64,000 nucleotides of DNA from Lytechinus pictus (taxonomy: Eukaryota). Every line of letters starts with the position of its first letter. Position 1 is the first letter of the stretch. This document shows positions 38,443 to 51,254 of the stretch, one piece after another. The notes beneath the pieces are model-generated. The model was not told the DNA's origin. It saw only the letters and a list, made by a program, of their open reading frames with translations, and did no database searches. A program made the translations under genes and the position numbers. The stretch is taken from assembly GCF_037042905.1 (NCBI RefSeq), contig NC_087250.1, positions 21,020,001 to 21,084,000 of the forward strand, written 5' to 3'.

Positions 38443-39515
38443 AAAACCCACGTTTCCTCTAAGGCCACGACAGCGCCAGGACAATGCGCGGAATGCAGCA
38501 TTTGCAACCCACGTCCCTACCGCAACCTGTCCGGCTGTCCGGACATTCCAAGGGGTGTCTGCGCGCTGTCCTTAACCCTTCATAAGGTTCGGGACATCAA
38601 CATTTGTCCGCATCCGAATTTAGTCGAGAGTAAAATCTGGACACGGAAATTGAATTCCTGACACATTCGGGACCTTGTCCTGACGATGTCCCGATGATGT
38701 CCCACCCTTTTTAAACCCTTCCTCGTCTTCCGCAAACCCTCCGAAACCCATCCCCAATCAGGACAGCTTCAGGAAGCAGAGAAGCCAAGGGTTCAGGAAC
38801 TTTCAGAAACGTGCAGACTGGAATAAGAAGGCAAGCGGAGTGATTCGGGAACACGCGGACAGGAATGAGAAGTCAAGCAGAACGTATCAGCAATGTGTGG
38901 ATCCAATGCTAATATGTATGGAACGGGTACACAAGCAACAAAAGCCATTTGTGGTCAGTGCGCGAGAGTGGGGCAACGGGACATAATACAAGACAACAGC
39001 ATCGCAAAACGTAGCGAAGAACAGGGTCAAGGTGCTTCATTAATATATCACTAAACAAACCAGAAACTGAATATTTCAAGCAGTGTTTTAAACAAATATC
39101 TCGCGTGCGCAAAGCGCGAGCTGATTTTTTCCTCTTGGGGGATAAGGGGGCTACAGACTTTAATGATGAACATTTCAAGGACCATCTAACTGGACAGAAC
39201 ATGCCAACGCGAAGCGCGTACTGGAATTTTATACTGATCCGAAAAGTGGACATTTTAAATATTAATGCGCGCAGATTTTTTTGTTTACCGAAAAAAAGAT
39301 GTTTCAAGCAACGTTTTAATAATGAAGTAGATTATTTCAATTCAGGAGATCGCACCTCAAGTAGGTTGCGTGAAACTCCGAGTTGCAATTAAATTTGATG
39401 AACCTCCAGTCAACCTTGTGAACTTATATTTATTTATTATTCAAAGCTCTCATGTGAAGGACATCGAGCACTCTATACAAGGATAGCATTTTCGAAGAAT
39501 ATATGTATATATATA

Positions 39516-40474
39516 TAGTGTGTATCAAAAACAAATTTACACTTTGAAAAAGCCCTGGGAATTAAGAAATACACATAATGTGGGTAATTTTTTCACATAT
39601 AATCTTGGGTTTGGGTCTCATCTATGCAATGAAAGTAAAAGTTTTGACAGAATGTTACACTTGAGTGAGCACTGTCCTTTTTTGTAAAGCTCGCAGAAAT
39701 CTGTTTGCGCAGAAATGCTCGTTTTCACGCTGTGTCAAGGGGAAAGAGCGAAATGAAACTTACCGTACGAAACGTTTCTCATACACTTCCCTTGCACTTT
39801 TAGTCGATTGAAACAATGTAACAATTTTGCCACCAAAATTTAAACTTCAACACTTAGTAAGCACAACCTATTACCCTTTTTGGGCCAGCTGGATCTGAGG
39901 ACATAACTGAATCCGAACAAAACGTTATATCAGACATCTCTAGCACTTTTTCAATAAGTTGTTATCATTTAAAGTGGGTTTACATTTCATTTTTCATTTA
40001 ATACTTGTTTCTCCACACTTTTTCCAAGCTTGACAATGATTAACAAAATGAAAATCAAGCCTAAGCTTGTAAATCGAATTTCAGTATAAAGCAAATATCG
40101 TCACGATGGCTTCGGTGTGTGGAGGAGTGGGTTGGGGCGCAATGCACTCTTCGAAGTGTTTTGGGCAAGGAAACAAGTTAAAAAGGTAAAATATATCTTC
40201 AAATCAATTTTATTAGCTAAATTCCATGTGTTCTTCATGATTAAGGTCTACTTTTATTCGCATAACTATTTCAAAGTTCTACGCAAATAATTTTTCACTT
40301 ACTTTTCAAAAGTAAGTGGTGCTCACTCAAGCGGAAATATTTTTCGACAGTTATATCGTCATTTACTTAAATGGATCTGTACCAATGTTAAAATGTAGAC
40401 AAATCTTCAGGATAATTGAAATGTATGATTTTACAGGATTTTTCTAAGTGTAATTTTTTTTTTTATACGCACTG
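39516..40474. mobile_element. Tc1/mariner-type non-autonomous element
   Basis: Imperfect TIR tagtgtgtatcaaaaacaaatttacactt / aagtgtaatttt..tatacgcactg, flanked by TA repeats. Confidence 0.7.
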
Positions 40475-40778
40475 TATATATATATTCGCCATTGTCATCT
40501 TGCAGTCATGGCAACACGTCTTTAGATGCGTCTTTTACAGTGCGCTTCCTCCATCTTCAGCGCATTGATTTCTTTGAAAGGTGAGGTTCACAATCCGTAT
40601 GCCCATGAACAGACGTGTTTTTCACGACTGTTTCAGAAACGGATTTAGAAACTTTTTTTTTTGTCACATCATGGGCACTGACGAAGAGTGTGACTTTACC
40701 TTTCATTTTTGAGAGCAGTGTTCTGTTTAAAATCTACGAATTCATTTAAACAGCATTTATTAAACCATTTATTTATAT

Positions 40779-40799
<21 letters not shown>

Positions 40800-40816
<17 letters not shown>

Positions 40817-42404
40817 GATGCGCAGATTAGGCCCTAATGTTTTATACATCGTTTCGGCTTCGTAATCATTAATGGGGGAGGAACAAACCTGGACGATTAT
40901 TTTTCATTTGTTAACAGTGCATGTCAAGGCTAGGCGTTTCATCATAATAATTTCGTTATTTGCCTAACAATACTATTTACGAATTTGGTTGCATTGTACC
41001 TTGAGGGCTTTGTAAATGAAATCAAAGGATGGATATTTTTCCTTCAATATTTCAGAAGCAAAATGAAACTGCACCTATCTGACTTCTCTTTTTTTATAAA
41101 ATTCCTTTCTGTCTGGCTGGTTCTTTTGATCCAAAGCTTTACAGGTTTATCGATGAAAAGGAGAAAGAGTAAACATGAGAGAAGTGGAGAGACAAGGATA
41201 GATTTGGGGGCTGGAAAAACACCTGGAGTACCGAGGGGAAAGCTTAGACGTTAATGTTGACACGGACGATTATGGTTACATATTTTGTCCTTATTTGTAT
41301 GTCTTCTGTAGTATCATATTTAAGTATTTAAATGACAATAAGCATGCATACCCAGGTTCGGCACTGATTTTGTAACTAATGGAAATCAATAAAAATCGTG
41401 TTTTGCCAGTAAACCTATTTGAGTTCAATCGAGGGTGTGGTTCGGATTCTATAAAAGTAGAGACCCTAGAACTTTACTGCTGCATCCAATATGATATTAA
41501 ATATAAACACCTGAATTATAATAGCCTGGGAAGCGGGAGGGCTGTTGGGTATTTTGTACACCACAAGCAGCACCCCTGAAAATGGTTGGTATGCTAAAAT
41601 GTAGAGATTTGACACTAATCTTCTTCATTCCTGGACAGAAAAATCTTTATTATCTAATTACATTATTTTTATTTTTCAAATCGCCCAGATATTTAACTAT
41701 ATTTTATTCATCACCTAATCATTATCAAAAAAATGCATACAATAGTTAAAATAGCATCATCATCATTATCGTAATTTCCACCATTATCCTTAGAGTAATC
41801 ATTATTATCATCATCCTAATCTTCATGATCATTATTGTCGTCTTAATCTTCGTCTTCGTCGTCGAATCGACCAATACCACCGTCATCTTTTCATCGCTAC
41901 GATATTTTCTCAGTCAATACGCAGATGCTTTCTACAACGCACCAATTCGTTTGAAAATGCAAATCGAATCACTCCGACAGTATTGAGAAAAAAATACGCT
42001 CTATATAAGCTTATTTTCAAATGTTTACTTTCTAGAGACCAAATTATTTTTTTAGCTAATACAGAAAATTTCCCTTTCGACACATTGCTGGTTTTATCTT
42101 TTCAGAAGAAGCCATGTAATGCAGTTCACTGTTGAAGAGTTTGGGTTGATTTCTTTGGCAGTTTGTCTGGTTTGAAAGAATGCTTTCATTGTGAAGGCTA
42201 GATCTATTCAGGGTAGACATTTTCATCTTTCTAAATATCATTTGAAAACTACGCTGCGCCCTTTTCAATCGTGCTTGCATTATTTTCTCAAAGCATACCG
42301 TTCCGGTTGGTTAACATGAGTAACGTATATAGAAACACATGATACTACTACTACTACTATTACTACTGCTGCTGCTGCTCCTGCTAGTATTTCTACTACT
42401 ACTG

Positions 42405-42440
<36 letters not shown>

Positions 42441-43566
42441 TAACTACTATTACTATAACTACTAATATTGCTACTACTAATAATGATAATTATAATAATG
42501 ATAATTATTAATAACAATAATAATACTAAAAATATTAACTTTAAAATCAACATTATAAGCAAACAAAATTATAACAACATCAACGATTTTCATAATAATG
42601 ATGTCGATGATGATAATGATGATGATAACAAGAACAATAATACTAATAAAAATACCATGGAATGGGGAGTTGATTTGTTTATATTTTATTTTTATCGTAA
42701 TGGGCTCACATGGTAACCACCTGAACTCGATAAGGTTTGTTTTCAGACAAGCTAAACGGGATTATTAAAGGGGAATGAATATAAGGGAGAAAAAAAAACT
42801 GTAGATAGGCTCATATAAACGATGAAAATTACAATTTCAATTTTTTACATTGCCAGACGAAAGCTTACAAATCATTATATTCTATTTCTTTGCACGTTTA
42901 TGCTGTTATATATCTAAGTTTATAATGTTTTATATAAATGACTATATATGATCTTCAGCACATTGATTTTTTCCTTTATAATAGTCATGGTTTGTCTTCA
43001 ATCAAATGTATAATTTTTATTTAGCCCAGCTAAATGCATACTTATATGAAAACCAAATGAGACAGTTAAGTAAATAATATTTCGATATTTGATTATCTTT
43101 GCACTTTCTTCACAATCCATCTTGACGAAAGTCTGAATATTCTAATGAAATTGATTAAAGTCATAATTATTATAGTATATTTAAACATAAAGGGGGTATA
43201 AGTTTTATGACTGCTGACGGCATCGCCGTACGCGGTTAATTGGTAGATTTTTCCCAATAAAGTCCACTCAGACCAGCGTTTATTAAGTCTGAAGTTGTCA
43301 AACCGGTCGTTAAGCACGAGTCACATCGCTCTTACCAGAGTAGCAACTACAATTTTGCACACGAAGTGCACGTCTAACGTTCCCGTCGTGGTGGCGAAAA
43401 CTCCCTACTCAGACGATGTACAATTATAATTAGTGATCTCGATATTCAAATGTGCATATAACCTTCTCATTGTCAAGCTTACTAAAACTTTTTTTTTAAT
43501 TTATTTTTTCCTCTATTTTTAAAGAGCTAACATGCTCTAACAGTCTAATGGTTTCATTCACCTTTA
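40800..43566. repeat. Segmental duplication, most compact copy (blocks A-B-C-D)
   Basis: Block A (40800-41660) matches 44810-46370; B and C match the 16.4-19.1 kb region; D matches 37.7-38.4 kb. Confidence 0.85.
41063..41144 (+). pseudogene. Possible signal-peptide first coding exon
   Basis: Acceptor tttttccttcaatatttcag; aaaATG; MKLHLSDFSFFIKFLSVWLVLLIQSFT then a phase-1 AG|GT (weak donor); paralog at 45751-45833. Confidence 0.3.
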
Positions 43567-43700
43567 GCGCACTAGGTTTTTTTTTACTCATGTGGATTGC
43601 GGATGAATTGTTATTATTCTATTATCTTATTTAGATTATAAGCAACACGATTCACAACATACCACTCAATTAAGAATTATAGTAGTTATTATTCCATCGC

Positions 43701-43757
43701 TATATATATATTTGTGTGTGTGAGGGTGTGTGCGTGTGTGTGTATGTATATATATAT

Positions 43758-43840
<83 letters not shown>
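43701..43840. repeat. (TA)n/(TG)n/(CA)n microsatellite
   Basis: Read directly from the sequence. Confidence 0.95.
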
Positions 43841-43842
<2 letters not shown>

Positions 43843-43986
43843 GTTATACATGTACAACAGTTTTGGCAACTCTTTTTATTTTAGATATTGTAAAGAAGTG
43901 AATGAAGATAACAATGGTAGGCGTAGCTTAAATCAAGGTTACCCAGAGCTATCTACCCTTTGGAAAAATTGGCGATGCCGAAAAAA

Positions 43987-44058
43987 TGTCTCTGCCGGGA
44001 ATCGAACCCGGGCCCCCAGCTTTGAACGCCGGTGCCTTAACCACTAGACCACAGAGAT
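43987..44058 (-). tRNA. tRNA-like unit, anticodon TCA (copy 1)
   Basis: 72-nt cloverleaf, perfect T stem, 1:72 mismatch, oligo-T downstream. Confidence 0.55.
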
Positions 44059-44224
44059 ATGGTATACGTGTACCAAAGCAATAGCTTTGATCCAGCTGAG
44101 GCATGGCGGCTTGTCATTGTTCAAAACCCACCTTCACCCGACAAAGGAAATTATAATTGGTATAGTGTCGAAAATCTGTCTATCTGACGGTCAATCGGAT
44201 CGGGGTCGCCCTAGCCACTAACCC

Positions 44225-44296
44225 GTCTCTGTGGTCTAGTGGTTAAGGCACCGGCGTTCAAAGCTGGGGGCCCGGGTTCGATTCCCAGCAGAGACA
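44225..44296 (+). tRNA. tRNA-like unit, anticodon TCA (copy 2)
   Basis: Acceptor gtctctg/cagagac; A box tggtctagtgg; anticodon arm ccggc-gtTCAaa-gctgg; B box ggttcgattcc; T5 follows. Confidence 0.55.
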
Positions 44297-44637
44297 ATTT
44301 TTCGGCATCACCAATTTTTCTGAAGGGTAAATAGCTCTGGGGAACCTTGATTTAAGCTACGCCTACCATTGTTCTCTTCATTCATTTCTTTACAATATTT
44401 AGAATAAAAAGAGTTGCCAAAGCTGTTGTAGATGTATAACTTCACACATTTGTATACTTTCTCCCATACGTGTACTGTATCAAAGCAATAGCAATAGCTT
44501 TGATCCAGCTGAGGCATGGCGGCTTGTCATTGTTCAAAACCCACCTTCACCCGACAAAGGAAATTATAATTGGTATAGTGTCGAAAATCTGTCTATCTGA
44601 CGGTCAATCGGATCGGGGTCGCCCTAACCACTAACAC

Positions 44638-44709
44638 GTCTCTGTGGTCTAGTGGTTAAGGCACCGGCGTTCAAAGCTGGGGGCTCGGGTTCGATTCCAG
44701 GCAGAGATA
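44638..44709 (+). tRNA. tRNA-like unit, anticodon TCA (copy 3)
   Basis: As copy 2 with different T-stem substitutions; T7 follows. Confidence 0.5.
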
Positions 44710-44914
44710 TTTTTTCGGCATCACCAATTTTTCCAAAGGGTAGATAGCTCTGGGGAACCTTGATTTAAGCTACGCCTACCATTGTTCTCTTCATTCATTT
44801 CTTTACAATATATATATATATATTGCGCAGAGTAGGCCTAGATGTTTTACACATCGTTTCGGCCTCGTAATCATTAAAGGGGGAACAAACATGCACGATA
44901 CGAGGCTGTGATAC

Positions 44915-45559
44915 TGGGCAGATGCATAAAAGTAGCAATTGCTGGCAAGCAATTGCTTCAAGCGCAAGTAAACGATCATGTCTCAGCAAATTACCGCTTG
45001 GTGTCAAACTACCTTGTTTCTTTTTGATAATTTTATATATTTAACATTTGATTTGCACTTATTATTTAAATGTTATGAATAATTATGTAAGATTTATTAT
45101 GTTTATTGTCATGTTCCAAATGTAGACTGCATTATTCATTTTTACAATGTGTTGTCTATCATTTTGCACGGCATGTAAACAAGAAGAATGTCCAATTATG
45201 GACAATAAATAAATACTTATACTTATTAAATATGTATTTGTAGGCTACGGTATACCTTGGTGTTTTCTCTTAGGTGCATAAACATGATTAAAAAACACCC
45301 TGATCAAGCAAAAGCTGAAGCTATTCTGACCGTGCTTGAAAAAAAAACCAAGCAAGTACTTAAACACGCAAGCGAAATGTTCGCTTTATGCGTACGATTT
45401 TTAGCAATAGATTAATCGTCAAGGAAATGCTAGCAGTCAGCGATTTCTTGAACTTACTGGCAAAAGCATATGCTCGCTCATGTTTATGCATACGAAATCA
45501 ATCAAAAGCAAGGCAAAAGCCTCGAAAAAGCAATTGCTACTTTTTATGCATGTGACCCA
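44915..45559. mobile_element. MITE, about 640 bp
   Basis: TIR tgggcagatgcataaaagtagcaattgct / agcaattgctactttttatgcatgtgaccca; absent from the paralogous block at ~40890; relatives at 19168-21070 and 30420-30839. Confidence 0.85.
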
Positions 45560-48500
45560 ATGCATCGTAATGTTTTTTTTCATCTTTTTCTTTTGCCTTC
45601 AGTGCATGTCACGGTTAGGCGTTTCATCATATCGTAATTTCGTTATTGGCCTAACAATGTTTTTTTACGAATTTGGTTGCGTTGTAGCGTGAGGGCTTTT
45701 TGAAGGAAATCAAAGGAAAGCTATTTGTCCTTCAATTTATCAGAAGCAAAATGAAACTGCACCCTTCTTACTTCTCGTTTTTAATAGCATTCCTTTCTGT
45801 CTGGCTGGTTCTTTTGATCAAAAGCTTTACCAGGTTTACCGATGAAAAGGAGAAAGAGTACAGAATGAGAGAAGTAGAGAAATAGATACAGATTAGGGGG
45901 CGGGGAAAACACATGGAATACTGAGGGGAAAGCTTAGACACGAACGATTAGGGTTACATATTTTGTCCTTATTTGTATGTCGTCTGTATTATTATATTTA
46001 GATATTTGAATGACAATAAGCATGCATTCCCAGGTTCGTCACTGGTTTTGTAACTTAAGTAAATCAATAAAAATCGTGTTTTGCCAGGTAAACGTTTTGT
46101 AACTTAAGTAAATCAATAAAAATCGTGTTTTGCCAGGTAAACCTATCGAGGTTCTTGTTCGGATTCTATAAAAGTAAAGACCCTGGAACTTTACTGCTGC
46201 ATCCAATATAATATTAAATACAAACACCTGGATGATCATAGCCTGGGAAGCGGGATTGCTTTTGGATATTTTGTACACCGTAAGCAGCACCCCTGGACAT
46301 TTGGTTGGTATGTTAAATGTAGAGGTTTGACAAAAATCTTCTTCATTTTTAGAGAGAAAAATGTTTATCTACTTATCATTATTGTTGTTGTAATTTTTAA
46401 AGACTAAATTTAGTTCTGTGTTGGAATAAATCTTTCTTTTTTCTTGTCATCTTTTTTCTTCTGAACAAAATCCCCTGGCATCATGGTCATTTGAAGTGAA
46501 ACCCTTTTTCTTGGTCTTTTTAACAAACCAGCACCCCCTATTTCTAAACCTTTCCCAGGGCAGTGTGATCAATCATTTAGTGATTGAAATATGATTGAAA
46601 TATTACAAAAGAGAACAATTACATTTAGCTGGTAGACCAAGCGGCGATTCGATCCAGGAACGTTTTGCTGAGCCGTACGCATAAATAATCATTCAATACA
46701 AATGCAAAGAAAAGGGACGACCCTCGATGACTCTGATGCTGTGCTCATTTATTATATATATCTTTATTTTTCCACGGCATTTGCCGGCATGCATGCAACC
46801 TCTAATTTCGGGGAAGGTAAATAGTTAAGAATTATAACTACAATGATTCCTTTGTTTAGCTAGTATCTGTAAAGACAGTCACAATGATTTCTTTACTCGG
46901 GAAAGATTGAAAAAATTAATGAATAAAAGTAAGTAATACTCCCTCCGAAAGTATATCAAAGGTGTGTATAAATTGATAGGAAGACAAAGCTTAGAGCATA
47001 GCCAACTTTATCAAGCTTTCCGTCCTTTAATTAACTTATTATCCATGATAATTTTTAAAGTCTTCTGGTATCACGGGGGTCCTTCCCCATATTTCAAAAG
47101 TAAACAATTATCCTACATCTATGATATTTTTTCTTACAGTACCCTATGAAATGTTTCCTTCCACTCATAAAAAAGATTGGTCGAAGTAAAAAAAAAATTG
47201 GTAAATATTTGTCCGATAAATAAAAGCGGTCTATTACAACCAAATTCTAATAGATTTAAACAAGAATAAAGTTGTCAATTTTTGCAATTTCTTTTTGATC
47301 GGATACATACTCGATAAAACATAATTAATTTGGGCCAATTCTTCTAAAATTGTGATCAATAATTTCATTCTTGAAAGTCTATTGTAACCAAAAGCTGAAT
47401 AAAACATTGAAAACGAAAAATAAACATCCTCCAGATTTTCCCGGTGTAAAATTATACTGGGCCGGTCGTTAGTGTCATATACTCTCTTTTTAACATCAAA
47501 TTTGCATTTGATTTCAAGGAGCGTATATAAAGTCATAGTAAGGTACAATAAAGGCAATCTCAAACTGTTTAAAATTATAGTTCAATAATTTTTTTTCTTA
47601 ATAACCTTCCACAGGTCTGGGTTCCTTTATTGAAAATCTGTGGGGTACATGTATGCAGTAACACAATATAATGCCATAAAACATGTCATAAGATGTCATA
47701 AAACAAATACAATACTCCAATACATTTTCAACACTCCTTAGCAAGTAATTTATACACACAGACTTAAGGCACCAAAATGAAACGAAAATAGTAAGATTGC
47801 GACGTATTTGCTAAGTTTCATACCGCCCGATTTTTGCTTGTATTTTTCTTCTATTTAAAACATGATGATACTCTGTAATTTCAAACTTATCTCTTCATGT
47901 TTATTATTGCTTTTGTTTTTCTTTCGCCAAATATATTTGGTCAAAATCTTAATGATATTTCTTTTGTGGTATATTCTTTTATTTGGATCGAAATCACAAA
48001 GAGAGTTGTTAATAGTTTTAAATAGAATTGCGACCCAGAAAGAGAGTTTTTTAACTTTGAGAGAAAAATCAGACATGTCGATACATGATAGTGATGAATT
48101 ATAATATATTTGGATTTATGTTTTTTTTATCATTCATAATGTTCTATTTTTTGGCATGCAGGAAGTTGGTCTACATGTCAGAAAGCGTATTATAATATAT
48201 TCTAAACTCATTTGATAGGATATGAAATCGGTCTAGTTCGGCCTACAATACACTTCGTCTATTATTGTATTTATTAGATTAAGTGGGTATTTTCTAACAT
48301 AATAATTAGAAAATAAACCCGCTGTAAAAAAGGTTATAACAATGAAATATAATTGGACCAAGTTATCGGTATCAAGCGACAAGATGAGACAACCCAGATG
48401 GTAGAAAAGGGCATCCTAGATCCATAAAAGGTAGGGTCCATTTAACCCAATGTTTAGTGAAAATTATAACAAAGTTTTCGAACTCTCGGGTAAAATGGAC

Positions 48501-48797
48501 CCCTTAAATTTCGTGAATTTAGGATGCTTTTTGCTCAAACGCATTTGGGTATTTGCGACTGCCCGACCCAAAGCGATAATCTGTTGTGATGGCACAAACC
48601 GTGTGGACAAGGGACTTGTACAAACAATAGTGATTGATCCGGTCAATCTCATCTCTATCGATTTTTTATTCTTGTGATATTTTAAAATAGGAAATTTGTT
48701 CTTAGTAAATACAAATGAGCTCAACGATTTTTCAAGGCAAGAAATCACATAACACCTGTGTCTGGGGCCACCTGTCTTTATTTAAAACCTTCCTACA

Positions 48798-49424
48798 GTG
48801 GCCACTAAAACCAGGCATTTTTTCGTCGGTATGTCTATACAAGAACCTGTCTATAAGGGCAAAGAATCTTCACGTGAAAATACTGATTATATTGTACTAA
48901 ATGTCGTGAAGGAGAAGTTGGGAGTCAATATCGGTATCGGCGACATCGACCGAAGTCACAGAGTTGGGCCTATCCGTAACATCCAACATAGGAATGAGAG
49001 TGTCCATGGTTCGTCGTCTGCTGCTAGTGCTGTTACTGACACCTCAACGACATCTTTGAGTTCTTCAACTTCTTCGTCGACGTCATATGCCAGCAAGTTA
49101 ACACTGTCACCATCTACCTCGAACAGGGATCGTCTTCATCATAGAGCAAGAATAGTCAAGCTCACCTCGTATCGTGCTCGCCAAACCATTCTCCTTTCTC
49201 GACGGAAGCTGAAAGGTACTGGAGTTTCCATCTCAGAAGATCTAACGGCTGAAAATTATGGGATACTCAAAACAGCACGACAGTCGACAAAGGTCACAGC
49301 TTCATGGTCGAGTGATGGTCGAATCTTTGTGGCGTTACCAGCTTCAAATGGCAAAACTGTCAAGAAACTCGTTAGATCACTAGAGGAAGCGAAGCAACTC
49401 TCATTATCTACTAGATCAAAATAG
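48798..49424 (+). pseudogene. LINE ORF1 C-terminal part (RRM-like)
   Basis: ENTD.IV..VVKEKL, IDRSHRVG, IVKLTSYR, RRKLKG..ISEDLT, WSSDGRIFV; 5' part missing. Confidence 0.85.
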
Positions 49425-49561
49425 AGATTTGATATGACAGATGAAATGCAATTAACTCTGGAAGTTGTTGAATTGAACAGAATATTCCGTATACTTTGAT
49501 TTTTTTCTTTGTTATATATATATATATTTTTGTTTTAATATTTTTCCTTCAGTAATGCCAA

Positions 49562-50062
49562 ATGTCTTCTAACTGTAGCTGTGTATTATGTAGCAGGCAA
49601 TGTAACTTAACTTGTAATGATTGTTTCTTATGTAGGCCTTTAAGATATGAACAAGATTCTGAAACTAGTTTTGATGAAAATTATGGGTACTTTGACAATT
49701 TGATAAATAATAAATATCATACCCCTACGGAATTTGGAAATGCCTTGAAATTACATGGTGAGAAAAATCTGATTTTGGCAAATTTCAATTGCCGTAGTTT
49801 AAAGTGTAATTTTGAGACATTCACTAATTGTCTTGATGAAATTGGTCAGAAATTGTCATTTATTGGTACTTGTGAAACATGGCTCAATAATGAGGAAGAA
49901 CATGAATGTATGATTCCAGGTTATACATTTGTAGGCAAACACATAAATAACAAAAGAGGAGGAGGCGTAGGCATGTATATAAATGATTATATAAAATATA
50001 CTAAACGCCCAGACTTGGTCACATTTATTGAAAATATCGAAAGCCTCTTCATTGAAATTCAA
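49562..50062 (+). pseudogene. LINE ORF2 N-terminal AP endonuclease, truncated (CR1/L2 group)
   Basis: FNCRSL, IGTCETWL, RGGGVGMYI, ESLFIEI, then an abrupt junction. Confidence 0.88.
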
Positions 50063-50189
50063 AATTTCTTGGTGGAAGCTGAATGGTGAGGTGAAGCTCT
50101 GTCCTGAAGGAAAATATGCCCTTGAAAGAGGGAATGTAGCTGGAGGTCAGAATATCTTGATACTGAATGCTGCCCATGTACTCTGCAGA

Positions 50190-50745
50190 GATAGCGCGGT
50201 CTAGCGCGCGCTAGATCGCGCTATCTCTGCCGGTGTGAACCCGAGCTACGATAGCACGCCGGGAGTCATCGTTCCTTTCGTCGTCTCTTCTGGGAGTTCG
50301 CTTCTATCCATTGTTGTATATCTAAAGTTACAGGTACATCCATAATCCTGCTGCGATCCTGCTGTGATCACGTCCACAAACACAGTTAAAATACAAGAGT
50401 CTACAATCTAGATTAATCAAATTAGAAATACATGCACAATGTATACAACGCCATGAAATAAACGTAGGCCGGCTAGCATAATAGGCACAGCGATATCGAG
50501 CTCTCAACTAACTAGTACGGGTTCGTAATAGCGCGCGAAATCTTTGACCGCTGTGACCTCATGACGTCACGCGTCATGGCAACAGGACCTCTCAAAAAAG
50601 GGGGTGCTACGATCGCGATAGACCGCGCTATCTCACTGCGGTGTGAATCCGGCGAATGCCAATGAATGGGCGGACCGTGGATCGCGCTACGATAGCGCGA
50701 TCCACGGTCCGCCCACGGTCCCCCCTTGCGGTGTGAACAGCCTCT
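50190..50745. mobile_element. GC-rich palindromic MITE-like remnant
   Basis: Repeated gatagcgcg/cgcgctatc palindromes and three cggtgtgaa motifs; only one clear terminus. Confidence 0.55.
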
Positions 50746-50747
50746 TA

Positions 50748-51254
50748 AGTTGCACCACCAGATCTGATGTAGCCCCAATATCTGCAGAGAAGATGGGACC
50801 ATTTACAGCATTAGGTTTTTAACAGATTCTGACCTCCAGCTACATTCTTACCTACCTACAAGGGCAGATTTTCCAGCAGGATGGAGCTCTTTGTCACACG
50901 TCAGCTTCCACCAAGAAATTTATTCATCACAAGAAGATCAAATCTCTTGGAAATAGGACAGCACAGTCTCCAGACATGACTTTTATTGAGCATGTATGAA
51001 GCAGAATGAATGAGAGCACATGGAAACGAAGCCAAATAATGTGGGGGGAGTTGTGGAACACTCGTGAGGCCATCTTTTATGCCATTCTGATGCCTACATC
51101 AACAAACTGGTACGACCCCCTCCCAAGACCAAGGCCAAAATAAGGCACAGCAGATACTAAAGTGTTAATTCCTGGTGTTGCAGTTAGTATGATGTTGATG
51201 TGATGTCAGAAGCAATGTTTGTTGATTCAGTCTGAATGATTTGTAAATTGCGAC
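50748..51254 (+). pseudogene. Tc1-like transposase C-terminal remnant, DD35E spacing
   Basis: From ~50865: QIFQQDGALCHTSASTKKFIHHKKIKSLGNRTAQSPDMTFIEHV*; 35 residues lie between D and E. Confidence 0.8.

Larger units (their letters stand above)
43836..44810. mobile_element. Inverted-plus-tandem repeat (413-bp period) with tRNA-like units, between microsatellites
   Basis: 43836-44058 is the reverse complement of 44225-44447; 44076-44400 repeats at 44489-44810. Confidence 0.85.

Noticed and set aside
44136..44180. Hammerhead ribozyme in the tRNA-bearing repeat
   Set aside because: cgaaa is present but the CUGANGA core is not (ccgacaa); only a cgaca/tgtcg hairpin
44225..44296. Authentic tRNA-Sec gene
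   Set aside because: 72 nt with a short variable loop and 7-bp acceptor stem; tRNA-Sec has a long variable arm and extended stems
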